Shown: positions 20,803-28,742 of the stretch, one piece after another
Layout: each line of letters opens with the position of its first letter
Numbering within the stretch: the first letter of the stretch is position 1
Assembly (NCBI GenBank): GCA_964427375.1
Contig: CAYRUF010000004.1
Location: 8,690 to 72,689 of the forward strand
Length of the DNA: 64,000 bases
Source of the DNA: an uncultured Desulfatibacillum sp.
GTDB lineage: Bacteria > Desulfobacterota > Desulfobacteria > Desulfobacterales > SpSt-501
Direction of reading: 5' to 3'
Position numbers and translations under genes: made by a program
Notes under the pieces: generated by a model
Told to the model about the DNA's origin: nothing
The model's input: only the letters and a program-made list of their open reading frames with translations
The model's database searches: none

Positions 20803-22156
20803 ATAATGCGATGACGTTGAGGCATAGGGTAACGATGAACAGAATCAGCCCGAGCGCGAAGGCGGCCAGCGTCTTGGGGCTGTCGAATTCCTGGTCTCCG
20901 ACCAGCAAGGTCACGATTTGAACGGTCACCGTGGTCACCGCTTTGAGCGGATTGACGGTCAGGTTGGCCGAAAGCCCCGCGGCCATGACCACGATCATGG
21001 TCTCGCCGATGGCTCGCGACACGGCCAGCAGCACCCCGCCGATAATCCCCGGAATGGCGGCCGGCACGATCACTTGGCGGATGGTCTCCGACCGGGTGGC
21101 TCCGAGGCTGTAGGCGCCGTCGCGCAGCGACTGCGGCACGGCGTTGATGAAATCGTCCGACAGCGAGGATACGAAAGGGATGATCATGATGCCCATGACC
21201 AGTCCGGCGGCCAGCGCGCTCTCGGAGGCGACATCCAGGCCGAGCCGGCTGCCCCAGTCGCGGATGACCGGCGCCACCGTCAGGGCCGCGAAAAACCCGT
21301 AGACCACCGTCGGGATTCCCGCCAGCACCTCGATCAGCGGTTTGGCGACGGCCCGCAGGCGTTTGCCGGCGTATTCGGAGAGATAGATGGCGGACATCAA
21401 GCCGATCGGAACCGCCACCGCCATGGCGATGGCCGAAATCAGGATCGTGCCCAGAAAAACCGGTACGGCCCCGAAGGCACCCGAGGATCCGACCTGGTCC
21501 GCGCGGATGGCCATCTGAGGGCTCCAGTCCAGACCGAACAGGAATTGGGTGATCGGGATCACGTTGAAGAATCGGATGGCCTCGTAGAGAACGGAAAGGA
21601 TAATGCCGATGGTCGTGAAAATCGCAATCGTCGAGCAGGCGACCAGGATGACCGTGAGAATGCCCTCCACCTGGTTCCGCGCGCGCAGGCCGGCGTCGAT
21701 CCGGCGTCGAACGAGCATGGCTGCGGCGGCTACCACGGCGATCGAAACGACGGCCAGCGCCTGGCGGCTGATGCCTCTCAGGCGGCGGTAATGGTCGGCG
21801 GCGGCCAGCATGGCCGGGTCGGCGGCCTGGGAAACGAAGCTTCCGCTTTCAATATTGCGGATATCGTTGATCATCAGGTTCAGCCGGTCCGCCGGAAGCC
21901 CCCGGATGGATTCGGGCAGGTCTCTCACCACCAGATGAGTGATGATCTGGGTCTCAAACGCCAGCCAGCATCCGAAAAGAATCAAGGCCGGTATGGCGCA
22001 CCAGAGGGCCGTCAGGGCCCCGTGGTAGGTCGGCCGGGAGTGCAGCTTGACCGCCTCTCCGGCCCGTCCGGAGAGAGCGAAGGCCTTGCGCCTGCCGATG
22101 TAATAGGCGGCCGTGGAAAGCCCTAACAGCGTGATCAACAGATATGCAGGAGGCAT
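20768..22156 (-). CDS. pstC: Phosphate ABC transporter permease PstC (long form)
   Basis: FGAVPVFLGTILISAIAMAVAVPIGLMSAIYLSEYA and EAAYSLGATRSETIRQV-like motifs. 462 aa. Confidence 0.88.
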   Translation of the reverse strand: MPPAYLLITLLGLSTAAYYIGRRKAFALSGRAGEAVKLHSRPTYHGALTALWCAIPALILFGCWLAFETQIITHLVVRDLPESIRGLPADRLNLMINDIRNIESGSFVSQAADPAMLAAADHYRRLRGISRQALAVVSIAVVAAAAMLVRRRIDAGLRARNQVEGILTVILVACSTIAIFTTIGIILSVLYEAIRFFNVIPITQFLFGLDWSPQMAIRADQVGSSGAFGAVPVFLGTILISAIAMAVAVPIGLMSAIYLSEYAGKRLRAVAKPLIEVLAGIPTVVYGFFAALTVAPVIRDWGSRLGLDVASESALAAGLVMGIMIIPFVSSLSDDFINAVPQSLRDGAYSLGATRSETIRQVIVPAAIPGIIGGVLLAVSRAIGETMIVVMAAGLSANLTVNPLKAVTTVTVQIVTLLVGDQEFDSPKTLAAFALGLILFIVTLCLNVIALYVVRKYREQYE

Positions 22157-22214
22157 GGAATACCCCGATTTCCAGTAGCGCCGGATTTATTGCGTGCAAA
22201 GGTATGGGCCGATT

Positions 22215-22254
22215 GTTAGAGCCATGTTAGGATTGAGCTAACATTTGATTAACC
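22215..22254 (-). promoter_or_regulatory. Candidate Pho box upstream of pstC
   Basis: GTTAGA at 22215 and GTTAGG at 22226, followed by inverted CTAAC at 22238 and TAACC at 22250. Both pairs are 11-bp phased. About 60 bp upstream of the pstC ATG. Confidence 0.5.
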
Positions 22255-22306
22255 GTCGGCGGCGTTGGGCGCACCGGTCGGCCGCCGGCGATTGCATGTC
22301 CGCCCG

Positions 22307-22525
22307 TCATTCATAGAAGATTTCAGGGCTTGCCGTCAGGAACTGCGCCTGTCTGGACATCAATGAGAATCGCGGTGCGGCTGACTCCAGGTCCGACCGC
22401 GAGGAGGCAAAGCACAAATCACGGCCCAACTCGCAAACGTAAACGACCCGCTTGCTGCATGTCCGGCAGGTGGAATTGTTTTTGTCAGAATCACCCAGGG
22501 AACAGGTGCGGCACGGACTGGTCAT
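22307..22525 (-). CDS. Small Cys-rich (CxxC-x11-CxxC) hypothetical protein
   Basis: 72-aa ORF with a strong SD (GAAAGGAAGGATCC-ATG). MTSPCRTCSLGDSDKNNSTCRTCSK is zinc-ribbon-like. No family recognised. Confidence 0.4.
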   Translation of the reverse strand: MTSPCRTCSLGDSDKNNSTCRTCSKRVVYVCELGRDLCFASSRSDLESAAPRFSLMSRQAQFLTASPEIFYE

Positions 22526-22672
22526 GGATCCTTCCTTTCGTTTGAGGCCCCGGTCGTAAAGAAACCGCTTCGAGGCGATCGGTTGGTGGGAGCGACGCTA
22601 TCTCCTGAGGGTTAAGAGTTGATGAGCGTCGCATGAGAAAACGATGCTCCTGCCGCGCGCGAAACCGAGAAT

Positions 22673-22688
22673 TAACCATCGCCTAACC
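22673..22688 (+). promoter_or_regulatory. Candidate Pho box upstream of the PEP-utilizing enzyme gene
   Basis: TAACC at 22673 and 22684 (atTAACCatcgccTAACC), 61-76 bp upstream of the ATG at 22749. Confidence 0.45.
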
Positions 22689-22748
22689 CGCACAGAATGG
22701 TCGCCTGCCAGATTGGCATGATGATCCATTCCCGGGAGCGGAGGCCGC

Positions 22749-25139
22749 ATGGGTTTTATCGTTCAATTCGAAGATTCGCAGGCGCTGGACCCCCAAATCG
22801 TCGGGCGCAAATTTGCGGCCCTAGCCCGAGCGGCGCGCGAGGGGTTCGACGTCCCGGAAGCCGTAGCGATCGAAACCAAGGCCCACGCTCATTTTCTAGC
22901 CACCGAACATTGGCCCGACGGGTTGCGCGAGGAGGTGGTCGAGGTTGCTCGCCGGTTGCAGATGCCGCTGGGGCTGTCCATCCGCTCCTCGGCAACGCTC
23001 GAGGACCTGGCCGGACAGAGCTTCGCCGGCCAATACCGAAGTTTTCTCGAGGTGAAAAGCGAGCACGAGCTTTTGCAACGGATCGAGGAATGCTGGGAAA
23101 GCGCACGGTCCGAAACCGTTTGCAGCTATCTCCGGGCGCTGAATGTCCAGGGCGCCAATGCCGAAACCCCTTTGCTGGCCGTCATAGTCCAGCGCATGGT
23201 GGATGCATCGGTCGCCGGCGTGGCCTTCAGCCGCGACCCGCTGCATCCCGACCGCCACGAAAAAGTCATCGAAGCCGTCAAGGGTCATGCCGAAAACCTG
23301 GTCAACGGCCGGCGCTCTCCCTGCCGGGTGCGAGTTGACCGCGCCGGCCGAGTGTCCGTCGAAAACCGGCCGCCTGCTTATTTGCGGCTGTCCCACACAA
23401 CCCCGTGGCGCAAAATCGCCGGGCTCATGGTGCGGCTGGAGGATTCCTACGGCGGCCAAGCGCTCGACGTAGAATGGGCGCTTGATAAAAGCAGAGCGCT
23501 CTGGCTGCTTCAGGTCCGTCCGATCACCACCCTGGCGCAGGAGGAGACGCTGCCGCCCGCAGGCGCTTGGACCCGCAAAATCGCCGATGACCTGTGGGCG
23601 GACCGGCTCGAACCCTTCATGGCCGAGGTCATGCTTAGACACGCTCCGCGGTTCGACCTGTCGCGAATCAGCCGGTTGGCCGGCATTGCGCCTGTAGAGC
23701 CGGGCCTGGCGGTTATCAACGGCTACTTATACGTCAACTGCGACAGCATCCGCCGCGTCATCGCACACATCCCCAAGCCGCTGCGGTTCAAAGACCTGAG
23801 TTCGCTGCTGCCGGCCGGGATTCGGATGAACGACATCCCCGCGCCCCGGGTGTCGACACTGATGCGCCTTCTGTTCAGAGCGTTCCTCCTACCGCTGCAT
23901 GAAGCCGGGATGATCCCCTTCTTCTGCCTGCGGAGAACGCCGCAAACCATCCGCCGGCTGCGGGCGCGCATGCAGGAGACGCATGGTGCGGGGCTTGCTG
24001 CGGGAGCCCTGCAGCAGCGGCTACGCAACGACCTCGAAACGCTGGCCCTGATCCAGGAGAACAATCAATGGCCGTACTTTCACGCAACGTTTCTCACCTG
24101 GGTTCTGCGCTGGCTTGCCGTGGACTGGCTGAAAATGGACGGAAATGCATTCCTGACCATGCTCAACCGCGGCTCCGCCAACGTGACGATCCTCATCGAG
24201 AATTGGTTCCGCCGGACAGCCCGGCATATCTGCTCAAATTCGGCCCTGGCCGATCGTTTTCGCTCCGATCCGCCCGAGGAGCTGGCCGTCGCCCTGCCGG
24301 CCGGCCTCCGAACAGAAATCCAGGGCTTTTTGCAGCGCTACGGTTTCCGGTCTCGGCATCGAACCCTGCTGATGAAACGCTGGGCGGAGGCCCCGGAGGA
24401 GGTGATCGGCATCTTGCAGTCTCTAGTGCGTCATCCACAGGGGATGGACACGGCCCTCCCATTCACGAGCAACGACTCTCGTGTGAAATCGCCCTCCGGG
24501 TTCTGGAGGCCCGCTCTAAAGCGGCTGGCCACCTTGACACGTCGTTTTCTGGACCTTCGTGAGGAGTTGCGCTTTTTGCTGGATGAAGCGCTTTACCGAA
24601 TCCGCCGCGATCTGCTCGAGCTGGGAAGGCATTCCGGCCTGGGCGAGGGTATTTTTTTCTTGACGGCGCCGGAAATCGAGAAGATGACGTCCGGCCGACT
24701 GGAATATCAAGAAGCGGCTCACCTGGCATCCCTGCGCCGGCGGCGCTTTTTGACCCCGGTCGAACCAAGCGTCTTCTGGCTGGACGGCCGCCCCGAATTT
24801 GATTTCTGTGCCGGCGGCACCGTCTTGCAGGGAATCGGAACCAGCCCGGGGTATGTCATCGGCCGAGCGGTCATCGTGGAAGACCCCAGCGCCGACAAAA
24901 TCCAGCGGGGCGACGTGGTCGTGGCGCGCCATACCGACCCGGGGTGGACGCCCATCCTCAGCATCATCGGCGGTATCGTCATGGAGGAAGGCGGTCTGCT
25001 CAACCACTGCTCCATCGTCGCACGGGAACTCGGCATTCCATCCGTCGTCGGTGTGGGCCGCGCCACCCAGCTGATTCCGGAGGGAGCGCGGGTGAGCATC
25101 GATGGCGGGACGGGGTCCGTGCGAATTGCTGAAGAATAG
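22749..25139 (+). CDS. PEP/pyruvate-binding (ATP-grasp) plus PEP-utilizer mobile His-domain protein; rifampicin-phosphotransferase-like architecture, substrate unknown
   Basis: The N-terminus is PPDK_N-like (VGRKFAALARAAREGFDVPE..., SIRSSATLEDLAGQSFAGQY). The C-terminal swivel domain reads GIGTSPGYVIGRAVIV...VVARHTDPGWTPIL...GGLLNHCSIVARELGIPSVVGV. No PEP/pyruvate TIM-barrel domain is present. Confidence 0.75.
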   Translation: MGFIVQFEDSQALDPQIVGRKFAALARAAREGFDVPEAVAIETKAHAHFLATEHWPDGLREEVVEVARRLQMPLGLSIRSSATLEDLAGQSFAGQYRSFLEVKSEHELLQRIEECWESARSETVCSYLRALNVQGANAETPLLAVIVQRMVDASVAGVAFSRDPLHPDRHEKVIEAVKGHAENLVNGRRSPCRVRVDRAGRVSVENRPPAYLRLSHTTPWRKIAGLMVRLEDSYGGQALDVEWALDKSRALWLLQVRPITTLAQEETLPPAGAWTRKIADDLWADRLEPFMAEVMLRHAPRFDLSRISRLAGIAPVEPGLAVINGYLYVNCDSIRRVIAHIPKPLRFKDLSSLLPAGIRMNDIPAPRVSTLMRLLFRAFLLPLHEAGMIPFFCLRRTPQTIRRLRARMQETHGAGLAAGALQQRLRNDLETLALIQENNQWPYFHATFLTWVLRWLAVDWLKMDGNAFLTMLNRGSANVTILIENWFRRTARHICSNSALADRFRSDPPEELAVALPAGLRTEIQGFLQRYGFRSRHRTLLMKRWAEAPEEVIGILQSLVRHPQGMDTALPFTSNDSRVKSPSGFWRPALKRLATLTRRFLDLREELRFLLDEALYRIRRDLLELGRHSGLGEGIFFLTAPEIEKMTSGRLEYQEAAHLASLRRRRFLTPVEPSVFWLDGRPEFDFCAGGTVLQGIGTSPGYVIGRAVIVEDPSADKIQRGDVVVARHTDPGWTPILSIIGGIVMEEGGLLNHCSIVARELGIPSVVGVGRATQLIPEGARVSIDGGTGSVRIAEE

Positions 25140-25190
25140 AAAGGCAAGGCGAAAGTGGGATGGGGGAAGTTGGAAGCAAAGGACGGAGGG

Positions 25191-26243
25191 TTAAAGGAGG
25201 GCGGAAATGTCAAAAACGGTCTGGGCCCAGGCTTGGCGGGAAAGCCCTTCGACGTCCCGCCAGTCGCCCGCCCCGACCCAATCCGCGATTATGCGGGCCA
25301 CGTTGGGGTATCGCACGGTCGGAGCCGACCGCGTTGATAGAAACCCCTTAACCGTATCCGGTTCCAGCCGCTGCATCACGGCCCCCAGTTTCAGCTCCGC
25401 GAGGGCTTTGGCGTTGGACAGCTGCTCCATCTGGCGAGCCAGCGGTTTGACCAGAATTTTCTTGCCGAGATGCAGCGCCTCGCTGGCCAGCTCGAACCCC
25501 GCATTGGTGATGACTCCGTCGCTCTCGGCCAAGTCCTTCAGAAACCCTTGGCGCGAGTAAGTCCGCAGATGAAGATGGCCTTCGTCGCCGGCCGCGGGAA
25601 GCTGGTGATAAATAAAAAACGGGTAGGCCTCGAAAGGCGCCAGCAGCTGTCGAATATCCTCAATTTCTTCGAACGGGAGGTATACGAGGATTTTGTTCGC
25701 AGGGGCCGGGGATTCAACCGGCATATGCATCGGGATGACCGGCGGCAGGATCGGCTGGTTATAATGGTGCCAATGCAAGCCCAAAGCGTGCTGCGCCGGG
25801 GCGAAATTGCGAATCACGTACACCGCAGCGGGATCCCACCCGGCGATGGGAATCTTGTAGCGGAATGCGTATTGGTGGCCGATGCCGATGCAGGGCAAGT
25901 GGTGCCGCCGGGCGATGCGGGCCGTGACCGGCTCGAAATCGGTGATCACCACATCGACGCCTCTCGCGTCATAGCGATGGATGTCGGCGAAAAAGCGCAG
26001 AAGGTTCAAGCGGCGAGCGGTTTGGAGGTATTGCAGCCGCCCGCGGCGGGTTGAGAAGGTCAAGCCCTCCATGGTGACGAGCGGTTCGAACACATCCATA
26101 TCCCATAGCAGCGCCGGATCCCGCCCGGTGATGACCACGTCTACCCGATGGCCATCGGCTTTCAGATATCGGATAATCTCCCGCGAACGGCTGATGTGGC
26201 CGTTGCCGGTGCCTTGGACTCCATAAAGAATTCGCAAGCCCAC
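25191..26243 (-). CDS. Glycosyltransferase, MJ1255/VC1260-like (GT-B, UDP-sugar dependent)
   Basis: MGLRILYGVQGTGNGHISRSREIIRYLKADGHRVDVVITGR is an N-terminus typical of that family. 350 aa. Confidence 0.7.
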   Translation of the reverse strand: MGLRILYGVQGTGNGHISRSREIIRYLKADGHRVDVVITGRDPALLWDMDVFEPLVTMEGLTFSTRRGRLQYLQTARRLNLLRFFADIHRYDARGVDVVITDFEPVTARIARRHHLPCIGIGHQYAFRYKIPIAGWDPAAVYVIRNFAPAQHALGLHWHHYNQPILPPVIPMHMPVESPAPANKILVYLPFEEIEDIRQLLAPFEAYPFFIYHQLPAAGDEGHLHLRTYSRQGFLKDLAESDGVITNAGFELASEALHLGKKILVKPLARQMEQLSNAKALAELKLGAVMQRLEPDTVKGFLSTRSAPTVRYPNVARIIADWVGAGDWRDVEGLSRQAWAQTVFDISALL

Positions 26244-26244
26244 T

Positions 26245-26772
26245 TCAACCCGCCGCTGCGATGCCGCAAACTGCGCTCAGGGCGCCGAGACACATCCCGG
26301 CCATCACATCCGTCGGATAGTGGACTCCCAGGTAAACGCGAGAGAGGCCCACCGCCGCGGCCCACGCGCCGGTCAGCGGGTAAAGCACCGGATAGGCATG
26401 GCCGAGCAGGGTCGCCACCAGAAAAGCGGCGGCGGTATGCCCGGAGGGGAAACTGAATCGATCGCCGGGCGTCACCCGGCTCTCAACCCCCGGCAAAATT
26501 TGGCAAGGCCGATCACGCTTGACGGCCTGCTTAACGACTTTGTAGATCGGGAGCTCGACGGCAAACGCCGCCAACGCCGCAGATAGAAATTCACGCCCGA
26601 CCGCCGGATCCACCACCAGCAAAACCAGGGCCAGCAGAGGGTAGCCGAAGCCGTTGGCGGTCCGCGAAATTCGGGGCAGCGCGAACGTTACCATCCGCCG
26701 GCCCTCGAGTCCGAAGATCATCGTCAGCCAGACCGCGTCCCAACGGGTGATGCTCGCAACGATCGCACGCAT
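26245..26772 (-). CDS. PAP2-family (type 2 phosphatidic acid / lipid phosphate) phosphatase
   Basis: All three PAP2 motifs are present: KQAVKRDRP, FPSGHT, and SRVYLGVHYPTDV. Multi-TM protein. Confidence 0.85.
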   Translation of the reverse strand: MRAIVASITRWDAVWLTMIFGLEGRRMVTFALPRISRTANGFGYPLLALVLLVVDPAVGREFLSAALAAFAVELPIYKVVKQAVKRDRPCQILPGVESRVTPGDRFSFPSGHTAAAFLVATLLGHAYPVLYPLTGAWAAAVGLSRVYLGVHYPTDVMAGMCLGALSAVCGIAAAG

Positions 26773-26796
26773 GGAGTGCTCCTTGAGCGATGGCGT

Positions 26797-28644
26797 CTAT
26801 CGCCAGCTCAGCCGGCTCAGGTTCGCCGGGTTGGCGCTGGCCCGCAGATCCATGGACGCCGGGGCATACCGCCGGAGCTTGTCGGACGCCACGCCTTTAT
26901 CCTCCAAATCCCGCAAGGTCTCGGCGGATGAGACATAGACCCGATCCACCTGGTTGTAGAACCAAACGAGGTACTTCCAGCTCAGGTCCTCAATGAAGCC
27001 GTCCCGCGTGAAAACGCGGGAAAGCCTCATCACCGTATCGGTGTAGGTGGCCTCAAGCGGAAGCTTCAGTAAACGAGCGATCAATAGGCCGGCGAGACTG
27101 GTCGGGCCGGCGCTGGCCAGGTGCAGCCGGCGAATGTCGTTCTGAAAGCAATGGTCGAGCATTTCCAGAACCGGCGGATAGATGAGCCGATGGCCCGGCA
27201 GGTCGCCGAACTCATAGATTCCAATCGGCGTGAATGTTTGCACGCTGGGATGATCCGCGGGTTCACAGGTGAGAATGATCCCATCCCGGAATGCCGGATC
27301 TTCTTCCACGAAACAGGCGGCGGCTCGGGCGTCTTCCACGCTGTCGGCGAATACGGCGGCAGCGGCCGGCTCGACGCGGTCCGCTGGAAAGAGATGCGCC
27401 GTCATCGAACGGGCGAGCTTGCGCTGTGCGCTGTGATGGGCGAATCCAACGAAATAAGGAGCCAAGAGCGTGCAGAAGCCGCCCGCCGAGCCGATGGTAT
27501 GGAATATGCTGAACAGATTCGCCCCGGAGAAGTGGTCAATGAGATGATTGGCGAAACCCAACAGGATCCGGCTGGACATTTTGTTGATGAAATGGAACCA
27601 TCGATCCTCCAGCCGCTGGGCGATGCGATCGCCTTTCCGGGGGAGCTCAAATAGGTCGGGTTCTTCTTCGATCAGCCGGTTGGACTCCTTCTTGAGCAGT
27701 TCCACCAGCGGTCCCGGGATGCTTCCTTTTATTTTGCGAAGGCGCCGGTACTGCCACAAGAAATGCAGGCGCGCCAGCAAACCGCTGTCCTCGTCGCCGG
27801 TGCAGCGCAGACTGCGGTCGACATAGCGCAGCAGGAAGTCCTGGGGGACTTGCTGGCCCAGATCCAGCTTATGGCGGTAGAATTGATAGGCGATGCTGTA
27901 AAGGTTGTGAGCGAGCGTCTGCGGAGACGAGGGCCTTTGAACGATCTCCGCGCGCCCGGCGTCAATGCCGTCCAGGAACTCCGGCAGCGACGCGGCCCCC
28001 GGTACTCGGGTATAGTTGCGTGCGATGCTCAGCGAGCTATGGTCGTCGGACCCGCCGATGGTGCGTTTGATCCACGGCTCGGGCCAGAGCGGGGATAAGC
28101 GGTGCTTGTCCGCCAGCCGGTCCATGTCGCCGGGCGCCAAGCGTCCGAGCATGTCCTCGAGACAGCGGTTGCTGTCGGGGTTGCTGTCGCCGTTCAATTC
28201 GAAGATGCGGAAGAGCAGCAGCAGTTTTTCAAAATGCCCCGGTGTCAGCCGGTCATTGACGGCAAAGAACGGGTGGGCGAGGGCGCAGGCGATGGAGGCC
28301 TGCTGCAGGTAGCCGACCAGGTCGTAGATGCTGGCTCGCAGCTTCTGGATGTCGGTGTGCTGCGCTTCGGTTATGTGGTAGACCAGCACGTGGACTTTGC
28401 ACCCGTCTTCCGGGAAATAGGAAGTAACCTCTTCACTGATGAACGCCCCGGGCAGATGCGCTATTTCAAGGGCGCCGTCGATTTTATTGTGGTCCGTGAT
28501 GGTGACGAGGGTCATCCCCCGCCGCCGGGCGATATGGTAGAGATGCAGCGGCTCGGTAAAGCTCTCCGGGCAGCCGATTTTCTGGAGAAACCACTGGGAT
28601 GGCCGGGTGGAGTGGCGCGAGTGTACGTGCAGGTCTGCTTGCAT
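26797..28644 (-). CDS. PHP-domain phosphoesterase fused to a region resembling only the N-terminal half of a GT4 glycosyltransferase
   Basis: PHP motifs MQADLHVHSRHS and VTITDHNKIDGA at the N-terminus. The C-terminal ~180 aa (RRLHLASAGPTSLAGLLIARLLKLPLEATYTD...VDRVYVSSAETLRDLEDKGVASDKLRRY) looks like a Glyco_transf_4 domain and stops at the inter-domain linker. Confidence 0.65.
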   Translation of the reverse strand: MQADLHVHSRHSTRPSQWFLQKIGCPESFTEPLHLYHIARRRGMTLVTITDHNKIDGALEIAHLPGAFISEEVTSYFPEDGCKVHVLVYHITEAQHTDIQKLRASIYDLVGYLQQASIACALAHPFFAVNDRLTPGHFEKLLLLFRIFELNGDSNPDSNRCLEDMLGRLAPGDMDRLADKHRLSPLWPEPWIKRTIGGSDDHSSLSIARNYTRVPGAASLPEFLDGIDAGRAEIVQRPSSPQTLAHNLYSIAYQFYRHKLDLGQQVPQDFLLRYVDRSLRCTGDEDSGLLARLHFLWQYRRLRKIKGSIPGPLVELLKKESNRLIEEEPDLFELPRKGDRIAQRLEDRWFHFINKMSSRILLGFANHLIDHFSGANLFSIFHTIGSAGGFCTLLAPYFVGFAHHSAQRKLARSMTAHLFPADRVEPAAAAVFADSVEDARAAACFVEEDPAFRDGIILTCEPADHPSVQTFTPIGIYEFGDLPGHRLIYPPVLEMLDHCFQNDIRRLHLASAGPTSLAGLLIARLLKLPLEATYTDTVMRLSRVFTRDGFIEDLSWKYLVWFYNQVDRVYVSSAETLRDLEDKGVASDKLRRYAPASMDLRASANPANLSRLSWR

Positions 28645-28716
28645 GGATGCCTTCGCTTCCGCCTTAGCTGAGCAAGTTGTCTGGGTCTATTCAATCCATA
28701 TCTTGTTTGATTGAAA

Positions 28717-28742
28717 TTAAGAAAGCCCTAAATATTGGTTAG
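28717..28742 (-). promoter_or_regulatory. Weak candidate Pho-box half-sites upstream of the PHP-fusion gene
   Basis: TTAAG at 28717 and GTTAG at 28738 (22-bp spacing), 73-94 bp upstream of the ATG at 28644. Confidence 0.3.
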
